Of a stretch of 64,000 bases of DNA, positions 29,808 to 36,802 are shown piece by piece; the first letter of the stretch is position 1, and each line of letters opens with the position of its first letter. The DNA is taken from positions 16,182-80,181 of the forward strand of contig JAJDBD010000059.1 of assembly GCA_029261575.1 (NCBI GenBank), read 5' to 3'. A program made the position numbers and the translations under genes. The notes below the pieces were generated by a model. That model did no database searches. It saw nothing but the letters and a program-made list of their open reading frames with translations, and was not told the DNA's origin. Source of the DNA: Nitrospinaceae bacterium. GTDB taxonomy: Bacteria; Nitrospinota; Nitrospinia; Nitrospinales; JACRGP01.

Positions 29808-29884
29808 GAGGGGTTTTAATTCCCAGGTAAGTGGATCGTTGGGGTGCGCGAAATTTTGTTTTCCAGGCGCAGGCGGGAATGGTT

Positions 29885-30370
29885 CTATTCCCGGCGGGAT
29901 CTGCCCGTTGCGGACAACCGTCCGGATTTTTTGACTTTGGGTCCGGAGGTGCGGACGGGGCGGCAAACCATAAAACTGTCTTCCGACGAGGTTTTGCGTA
30001 CATAATACCCGCGGTCGCTATAAAAGTTATAGATCATGGCGTTGTTTCCCTGTTCTTCAACGCACCAGACGTTAGTGCCGCATCCTTCGGGGAACATATA
30101 GTCGATGTGCACGATATCGTCGTTAAAATCCATGTTTTTGCAATCGTGATCGTAAAGGTTCCGGCACTCCTGGCTGGAGGGAACCCGCCAATCTTCGTGC
30201 CCGGCAAACTTTTCCTCGTTCATTCTTTGAACAAATTTTTTGGCTTGCTTGTGGGTGCACCATTTGGCTTTTAGCTGGTAGGTATCCTGTTTGAACCACA
30301 TCAGGTTGTATTTGGAGTCGGTCAGGGTTTCGTCCCCATTGTCCTTGAATCGTTCGCTTTCTTCTTCCAT
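29885..30370 (-). CDS. DUF1566 (Lcl C-terminal-like) domain protein
   Basis: 161 aa. NLMWFKQD...GHEDWRVPSSQECRNLY pattern. No signal peptide seen. Confidence 0.55.
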   Translation of the reverse strand: MEEESERFKDNGDETLTDSKYNLMWFKQDTYQLKAKWCTHKQAKKFVQRMNEEKFAGHEDWRVPSSQECRNLYDHDCKNMDFNDDIVHIDYMFPEGCGTNVWCVEEQGNNAMIYNFYSDRGYYVRKTSSEDSFMVCRPVRTSGPKVKKSGRLSATGRSRRE

Positions 30371-30563
30371 ATCAGAGGCGGGTTTGAAAAATTGTTGACG
30401 ATAGAGTCGGTATTTCGTTTAGTATTTTATATAATATCAGGCTTTTTGTTTGCAATAAAATTTTCTTCGGGACGGTTTGTATTTTTCGAGGAGAATTTTA
30501 TTCTTTGAGAAATAACCGGTTTATTAAATTTAAAAATTTTAGAGATTAAGGGGAAAATAAATC

Positions 30564-30857
30564 ATGCCGCAAATTGAAATCCAGCCGTTTTTTTACGACT
30601 TGATCCATTGCAAAGATAAAATTCAAAGCGCCTTTGACGATTTTGACAAGAAATACGAAGAAGATGAGCGCGGGGCGTTGGTGGCGGGAATCAAGGAAAT
30701 GCCCAATCAGGAGTTGGTTCATCTTCTGATCAATATCCAACACCTGACGACGGGGTACCAGCAAATTCACGATATGATCAACGAGGCGGAACATAAAGAA
30801 ATGGAAAAAGGATTGGCGGCGGAGGGCGAAGACGACGACGATGACGATGATTTTTAA
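30564..30857 (+). CDS. small acidic hypothetical protein
   Basis: 97 aa. AAGGGG ~12 nt before ATG, helical-looking, poly-Asp tail EGEDDDDDDDF. Preferred over the antisense ORF 30546..30941. Confidence 0.45.
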   Translation: MPQIEIQPFFYDLIHCKDKIQSAFDDFDKKYEEDERGALVAGIKEMPNQELVHLLINIQHLTTGYQQIHDMINEAEHKEMEKGLAAEGEDDDDDDDF

Positions 30858-30868
30858 ATCGCGACTCG

Positions 30869-32050
30869 TCACCGGTTGATCAACTTGTGGGTTCGGGGAT
30901 CGATTTGCAGGCGGCTGAATCCGCCGCGTCCCCCGACCCAAAGGTAATTCCCGGCGCCAAACCCGAGGCTGGAAATGAATTTTCCCGGCAATCCGTTGAG
31001 GGTGGAAAAGTTTGTGAAGGTTGCGCCGTCGAAACGGCTCAATCCGTTATTGGTTCCAATCCACAGGTCGCCGCCGGGGCCTTCCTGGAGCGCCAGGACG
31101 TAATTTCCCGGCAAGCCGTCCTGGGTTGTGAAGTTTCTGATGCGGCGGGTCTCGGGGTCAAGTAAGGCCAGGCCGGCGCCCCAGAGTCCGACCCAGAGCC
31201 GGTTTGTTTTATCCAAAAGCATGGAGACCACGTAATTAGGGCGATATTCTCCGGAGTCCGGATTGGCGATGGCCCGCGGCTGGTTGGCGTGGTGTGAGCC
31301 TTTGAATTTCCCCACCGCTCCCGCGTTGGCTTTTTTTACCCGGTCGAGGGAGGCTCCGAGTCCGGTAGCGTGGTTCCAGTTTTTCCATTGGGCGCCGTCG
31401 AACATGGAAACTCCTGATTCGGTTCCAAACCACGCCCGTCCGTCTTTTCCCAATTCGATGGCGTAGACCCAGTTGTCGATCAACCCGCCGCCGGTGTTTT
31501 CTATCGTGAATGTCTCCCAGTTTTCCGGGGCGTCCGGATCGCCGCGAATGCGGTTGACCCCGCTCCATGTGGCGATCCATTTAACGTCGTCCCGTATTTC
31601 AATATCGTAAACGAAAGCGTCGCACAACCCATGGGGGATGTTATAGTGGGTCCATTGTTGGCCGTCGAACCGGCTCAATCCGCCCGCATAGGCGCCCACC
31701 CAGGGCATGCCGGTTTTGTCGAATTCAATGGAGAAAATTCCGTTGCTCAAGAGTCCGTTCCGGTTGTCGTAGACCTTATACCTTTCGGCGGTCGCGGCGT
31801 CGTATCGAACGATTCCGTTCATGGAGCCGATCCAGAGGTCCTGGCCAGATGTTTTTAGAACCTTCACATTGGACGTATTTAAAGTATACTTTTCAGTTTT
31901 GAGGATATGCGGGTACAGGCTCCCCGTTGTCTTTGCCTGGAGCGGACCACAGAAGGCCGTGTGCGCAGTCCAGATTGAAACGATGGTGAACATTCCGAAA
32001 AAAATCGTTCGGCGGCGAAGAGTTTTTCCCGGTTTTTTTAGGGCGAACAT
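30869..32050 (-). CDS. secreted beta-propeller protein (two-component-regulator-propeller type repeats)
   Basis: 393 aa. Signal peptide, then repeated G(L)xxNxVxxIxxDxxGxxWxG(T) units. Confidence 0.65.
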   Translation of the reverse strand: MFALKKPGKTLRRRTIFFGMFTIVSIWTAHTAFCGPLQAKTTGSLYPHILKTEKYTLNTSNVKVLKTSGQDLWIGSMNGIVRYDAATAERYKVYDNRNGLLSNGIFSIEFDKTGMPWVGAYAGGLSRFDGQQWTHYNIPHGLCDAFVYDIEIRDDVKWIATWSGVNRIRGDPDAPENWETFTIENTGGGLIDNWVYAIELGKDGRAWFGTESGVSMFDGAQWKNWNHATGLGASLDRVKKANAGAVGKFKGSHHANQPRAIANPDSGEYRPNYVVSMLLDKTNRLWVGLWGAGLALLDPETRRIRNFTTQDGLPGNYVLALQEGPGGDLWIGTNNGLSRFDGATFTNFSTLNGLPGKFISSLGFGAGNYLWVGGRGGFSRLQIDPRTHKLINR

Positions 32051-32086
32051 ATTTTTTCCTAAAAGACCTGAATTGAAATTAGGTTT

Positions 32087-32938
32087 ATGACGACTTCGAT
32101 TAAATTTTGGATTTTGATTTTATGTTTGGGCGTCTCTTTGTCGACGGGATGCGGTCCGGGCAATGAAAAACGCCCGGAGCAAATGGTTTCCAAAATCGAC
32201 GGCAAGGAAATGGTCCTTGTCCCCGAAGGCGAGTTTATCATGGGAACCGACCGTGTGGACGCGGAAAATACCCATATGAAAATTGGAACGGTCAAGCCTC
32301 TGTATGTGGATCAACATCCTGAGCGAAAAACTTTTTTGGAAGATTTTTATATAGATCGCTATGAGGTTACCAACCGGGAGTTCAAGCGGTTTGTCGACGA
32401 AACCCAATTCGTGGACGTTCCAGAAAACTGGGAGGATGAAAGTTTCTCAGAGGGTAAGGGGGACCATCCGGCGACAAACATAACCTGGGCGCAGGCTTCG
32501 GCGTATGCGTTCTGGGCCGGAAAGCGTTTGCCCACGGAGGCGCAATGGGAAAAGGCGGCGAGGGGAACCGACGGACGCACTTTCCCCTGGGGGAATGAAT
32601 ATCAAAAGGGCGACGCTAATATTGAAATCGACGGCGACCGGGAAACCTCGGCGGTGGGGGCTTATCCCAGGGACGTCAGCCCTTACGGGGTTTACGATAT
32701 GGAAGGCAACGTCATGGAATGGACCCGGGACTGGTATCTGCCGTATCCGGGAAGCAAATTCGCGACGGAGCGCTACGGAAAGCAGTTGAAAGTTTTAAGA
32801 GGCAACGCGTTTCAAAAAGCCGGCCACTATTTTCTTCCCGCCTACCGGTTCGCTTTTCACCGGACGGAGGTGGACCCTGGTCAGGTTTACGAGAATGTAG
32901 GTTTTCGTTGCGTTTTGGAGACGGCGAAACCGGAGTGA
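32087..32938 (+). CDS. formylglycine-generating-enzyme (SUMF1/FGE-sulfatase) family lipoprotein
   Basis: 283 aa. LSTGC lipobox, MVLVPEGEFIMGTD, HPATNITWAQASAYAFWAGKRLPTEAQWEKAARG and RGNAF. Confidence 0.8.
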   Translation: MTTSIKFWILILCLGVSLSTGCGPGNEKRPEQMVSKIDGKEMVLVPEGEFIMGTDRVDAENTHMKIGTVKPLYVDQHPERKTFLEDFYIDRYEVTNREFKRFVDETQFVDVPENWEDESFSEGKGDHPATNITWAQASAYAFWAGKRLPTEAQWEKAARGTDGRTFPWGNEYQKGDANIEIDGDRETSAVGAYPRDVSPYGVYDMEGNVMEWTRDWYLPYPGSKFATERYGKQLKVLRGNAFQKAGHYFLPAYRFAFHRTEVDPGQVYENVGFRCVLETAKPE

Positions 32939-32946
32939 GCCGGGCG

Positions 32947-33798
32947 TTAATCCAGGATGGTATTGTTCATGTTTGCCTGTTTGGTGATCGCCTTGGTGAT
33001 ATTGGCGTCGATGAGGTAGGCGTTTCTAAGGTTGGCTTTTGTGAAGTTGGCGCCGTGCAGGTTGGCTTCGAGAAGAAACGTGTTTTCCAGGTTGCATCCT
33101 TCGAAATTCGCGTAGGTTAGATCCACGCCTTCCAGATTGGTTCCGGAAAAATCGACTTCCTGCCCATGGCAATCTTTCAGTTCGCTCCCTGTCAGATTGG
33201 CGCTTGTGAGGTTGACCTTTTCCAGGGTGCATGAGTTCATGTCCGCGTACTTTAATACGGCCCCATGGAGATCGGCGTCGCTGATTTTGGCGAAACTAAG
33301 ATCCGTTCCTCTGGCGTTGACCCCCTTCCAGTCCGATTTGGAAATTTTCATTTCCTTCATATAGCAATACATCATCCGGGCGAAAGAGAAATCCCCGCCT
33401 TCAACGACGCAGGAAAAAAAACTGGAATGGTTCAGGGTGGCGCCCCGGAAATCGCACTTCTGGAACTGGGAGGCGTCGAAGCTTGCGTTGAGTATTTTTG
33501 CGTTTACAAAATTGCAATTTGTGAATGTGGCGTCTTCAAAACTGGATTCTTCCAGTTCCGCGTTGCTGAAGTTGATATTGGTCAAATGCGCATTTTTGAA
33601 GGATGACTTTTTTAAGTTGGCCTGGCTGAAGTTGACTTCGGTAAGATCCGAATCGTCCAGATTGGTTTCCTCCAGCGTTCCGTAGACAAAGGTGGTCCCC
33701 TTTAAACTGATTCCCTTGAGATCGTTGCCGCTGAGATTGATCCCGTCCTGGCAGTTGTTTTGCGCGGTGAGCCGAAGGACTTCGTCGATGTTAGACAT
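32947..33798 (-). CDS. pentapeptide-repeat protein
   Basis: 283 aa, almost entirely A(D/N)LxX pentapeptide repeats. ATG overlaps the upstream MotA-like stop by 8 nt (ATGTCTAA). Confidence 0.85.
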   Translation of the reverse strand: MSNIDEVLRLTAQNNCQDGINLSGNDLKGISLKGTTFVYGTLEETNLDDSDLTEVNFSQANLKKSSFKNAHLTNINFSNAELEESSFEDATFTNCNFVNAKILNASFDASQFQKCDFRGATLNHSSFFSCVVEGGDFSFARMMYCYMKEMKISKSDWKGVNARGTDLSFAKISDADLHGAVLKYADMNSCTLEKVNLTSANLTGSELKDCHGQEVDFSGTNLEGVDLTYANFEGCNLENTFLLEANLHGANFTKANLRNAYLIDANITKAITKQANMNNTILD

Positions 33799-34624
33799 TT
33801 CTATGTTTGTCCGGCGGCAGGAGGGCGTTCATGTTTCTTTGGATTTTCATGGGATTGATGCGGTCGTGAATTCCCATCACGCCGACCCGGATGGCTTTTA
33901 AAAGCGTGGCTTCGCTTTCTGTCCGGGCGTTCAATTTGGCGACGACCGGGGTGATGATCAGGTTGGCGAGCATCAACCCATAAAATGTGGTGATCAGGGC
34001 GGTGGCCAGGGAAGGGCCGATGCTGGAAGGGTCGGCAATCCGCATCAACATTTGAATCAAGCCGATCAAGGTGCCCGCCATGCCAAATACGGGAGCCTGC
34101 ACGGCCATGAACCTGAGGATTTTTTGCCCGGCGTTGTGACGTTCCACCATGGTGTTCAACTCGCGCTCCATGATTTCCTGGATTTCCCTGGCCTGGTATC
34201 CATCGACGATCATGACGATGCCGTTTTTCAAGTGCCGGTTGTTGAGAAGCCGTTCCTCCATTTCCAGTTGCTTCATTCCCCCGCTCCGGTACTTGGTCGC
34301 CAGGGTCATGATTTCGTCGATGTAATCGGCGGGTTGAAGAACGTCTGGTTTGAAGGCGTTGATGATGACCGGCACCATTCCAAGTATTTTTTTCGATGGA
34401 AAGGCGATGAGAGTGGTGGCTATAGTTCCCCCCATAACAATAAACGCGCTATTGAGATTGAGGAAGGTTTCGGAATCGCCGCCGCGAATGATTGCGATGC
34501 TGATTAATAGAATTCCCGAAGCAGCGCCGATGATGGTGCTGAGATCGACCCCGGACGCTTCTTTCGCGGGTTCGATGGACGCGGCTTTTGGGATCGCTTC
34601 GTTTTCTTTTACTGCGGTAGCCAT
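33791..34624 (-). CDS. MotA/PomA-type ion-channel (stator A) subunit
   Basis: 277 aa. Aligns by eye to PomA/MotA: IVDGYQAREIQ and GTLIGLIQMLMRIADPSSIGPSLATALITTFYGLMLANLIITPVVAKL. Confidence 0.85.
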   Translation of the reverse strand: MATAVKENEAIPKAASIEPAKEASGVDLSTIIGAASGILLISIAIIRGGDSETFLNLNSAFIVMGGTIATTLIAFPSKKILGMVPVIINAFKPDVLQPADYIDEIMTLATKYRSGGMKQLEMEERLLNNRHLKNGIVMIVDGYQAREIQEIMERELNTMVERHNAGQKILRFMAVQAPVFGMAGTLIGLIQMLMRIADPSSIGPSLATALITTFYGLMLANLIITPVVAKLNARTESEATLLKAIRVGVMGIHDRINPMKIQRNMNALLPPDKHRNV

Positions 34625-34642
34625 AGACTTCGGTCGTTAACG

Positions 34643-36718
34643 TTAACTGGCAAGTTTTTGAGCTTGGGCTTGCGCCTTGGACTTTAGGCTCATTTCAATA
34701 TAATCATGCAGCCAGGGAACCTCTAGTGTTTCTTTACGGCCGGAAGGAACGAAAACCTTTAATAAATTTTCATCCTCGATCTCAAGGTTTATTTTGGGAC
34801 CCAGCTCGTTGATGAATCTGGATATACAGTTTTGACCTGAAAATGTTTTACAAAAAAGCTCGCCCCAGGAAGTCAGATAAACGGGCGTTACGTTCAACGC
34901 AGCGCTCAGGCGGCGACGGAGAAACTCGTTGTAATCCTCCAGGGACTTGCAGTCGTTGATATTCCCAAGGGTTATATCCCTGGGAAGCGGATAACCAAAA
35001 TCCACGATCAAAAAAATCTTGCGGACCTCGGATTCGGCGAGAAGCTCTTCGTTGGAAATGGCCGCAATATTGATCTTCGTGAGAAATCTGGAGATTTGCT
35101 CCAACATCATGTGCAGGTCGACGTCCTTGATGGATTGTCTTTCCGCCCGCAACAGAATGGTGGTGTTGTTATTGTAAAGCCGGTTGAAACCGGCAAAGGC
35201 TATCAGAAAAGGCAACCCGGTCGCGTTCTGGATAATGTTTTCCTTGGGAACGTGCTCCAGGAAGGCGAGGGTTTTCCCCCGGATTAAAAACCAGTTGCCG
35301 CCTTCCCGGGGTTTTTCGTTGTCGAACAGGAAGGTCAATTCCCGCTCCGAACTTTTTCCGTCCACTAAAACAAATAAACATTCCACCTTGTGGGGCGCGG
35401 TGCGGTAGTAACTGAACAGTTTGCGTCCCAAAAGATGGGTGTCTCGGTCGGAAATCAAGCTTTCGCCGGGAGCGAGGGTTTTATTTGCTTCCGAGATTTT
35501 TTTGTAGGAATTCATCAGGATTTTATTCACCCGATTGCCCAAGCTCACTTTTTGCATTATTTGCCAGTTTTTATAATCGTTCAACTGTTCCAGCTTTTTG
35601 GCGGTCCATTCCCATTCGCGAATCATTGCGATCAGAGTTCGCTTGGTATGGAATTCGGATTTTTCATCCAGTTCTTCAGGAGCGATCTGGGTTCCGACTT
35701 TTAGATAAAACGCCGTTCGCAATGCGTCCACTTCGTTTTCGGATTTGGTTTCCTTGAAGTATTTTTCGACCCGAGCAAACAGCATGAGGTAGGGATCGAT
35801 GGTCAAATATTCTTCGCCGTTGAAAATTAAATTTTTGACCTGGTGGCACAGCAGATTCGATTTGGTTTGGCCGAACATGTATTCTTCGAGCAATCCCATT
35901 TTCATCAGGGTTTTGAAAGGGGACTGAAACGATTTGATCAAGGCCCAGATGGATCCGCCAAAAAATTCTCCCTGGGAAATATCGTCCACGTTCCCCATAT
36001 CGACAAATTCGTTGGGATTCAGAATGGATTGCCCGTTCTGGAGTTGATGGAGAAACTCGGCGTATTGCTCGTCGTTGGTTTCCACCGGAACGATCATCCA
36101 CAACGGGATTTTGCCGGCGGCGATGATGGCCGTGCGGTACATCTCCTCTTTTAATAATTTCGCGAGGGCGGAACCGGTGCTTTCGCTGTCGCTTTCCCCA
36201 AAAATGTTTTTTTTGACTTCCTCAATATCGTTGATAAAAAAATGGACCTCGATGACGAAAGTTTTCCACGCCCATTTTTCGATCAACATCAGCTTCTTTT
36301 TGAACAGCTCCATCCGTTCGGGAGAAATGGAATTTTTGTGGACCAATAACGTGTAATCGAGATCGGATTTTTGGGTCATCGCGATGGACCCCACGCTCCC
36401 CATCAGCAATACGGTATGAATGATAGGCTCCAGATTTTTGGGGCGGCTGGCAATGACGTCTGGAAACATGAATTCGCAGGCGACCTGGGATTCTTTGGTG
36501 AGATTGAAGTTGCCTATTCCGCAGGGAACGTCGCCCTCTACATAACCGGGGAAGCCTTCTTGATTGATATGCAACAACCGCGGGATCAAATAAAATATCC
36601 AGCGCTCTCCCGAGCGCAGGGTTTGAAACGTGCGGGTGAGTTTGAATCGATTGAACCTGTGGAAGGCCTGGCGATTTTCGAATAAAATATCCGTGGTTTC
36701 TGGCGCGGTTGTGGTCAT
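34643..36718 (-). CDS. class I (CyaA-type) adenylate cyclase homologue
   Basis: 691 aa. Colinear by eye with the E. coli CyaA catalytic region: LLHINQEGFPGYVEGDVPCGI, MGSVGSIAMTQKSDLDYTLLV (G-S...DxD), EEMYRTAIIAAGKIPLWMIVP, GEFFGGSIWALIKSFQSPFKTLMKMGLLEEY, DPYLMLFARVEKYF, FYLKV and NWQIMQKV. Confidence 0.8.
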   Translation of the reverse strand: MTTTAPETTDILFENRQAFHRFNRFKLTRTFQTLRSGERWIFYLIPRLLHINQEGFPGYVEGDVPCGIGNFNLTKESQVACEFMFPDVIASRPKNLEPIIHTVLLMGSVGSIAMTQKSDLDYTLLVHKNSISPERMELFKKKLMLIEKWAWKTFVIEVHFFINDIEEVKKNIFGESDSESTGSALAKLLKEEMYRTAIIAAGKIPLWMIVPVETNDEQYAEFLHQLQNGQSILNPNEFVDMGNVDDISQGEFFGGSIWALIKSFQSPFKTLMKMGLLEEYMFGQTKSNLLCHQVKNLIFNGEEYLTIDPYLMLFARVEKYFKETKSENEVDALRTAFYLKVGTQIAPEELDEKSEFHTKRTLIAMIREWEWTAKKLEQLNDYKNWQIMQKVSLGNRVNKILMNSYKKISEANKTLAPGESLISDRDTHLLGRKLFSYYRTAPHKVECLFVLVDGKSSERELTFLFDNEKPREGGNWFLIRGKTLAFLEHVPKENIIQNATGLPFLIAFAGFNRLYNNNTTILLRAERQSIKDVDLHMMLEQISRFLTKINIAAISNEELLAESEVRKIFLIVDFGYPLPRDITLGNINDCKSLEDYNEFLRRRLSAALNVTPVYLTSWGELFCKTFSGQNCISRFINELGPKINLEIEDENLLKVFVPSGRKETLEVPWLHDYIEMSLKSKAQAQAQKLAS

Positions 36719-36802
36719 GGGGTTTTCTATTGCCCTATACGCTTGTTGACGGCGGTGTTTCGGATAGTATAAAGAATTTCAAATAAAAATGCCGTCCTAT
36801 TT

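Noticed and set aside
29808-29966. 53-codon N-terminal extension of alr in the track ORF
   Set aside because: The extension is Pro/Arg-rich, overlaps the 3' end of the DUF1566-like gene, and would make alr ~50 aa longer than is typical. The internal Met gives a canonical N-terminus.
30546-30941. 131-aa minus-strand ORF opposite the small acidic gene
   Set aside because: No RBS, a biased hydrophobic and Arg-rich translation, and an overlap with the 3' end of the neighbouring propeller gene. The + strand ORF has an RBS. Both calls remain low confidence.
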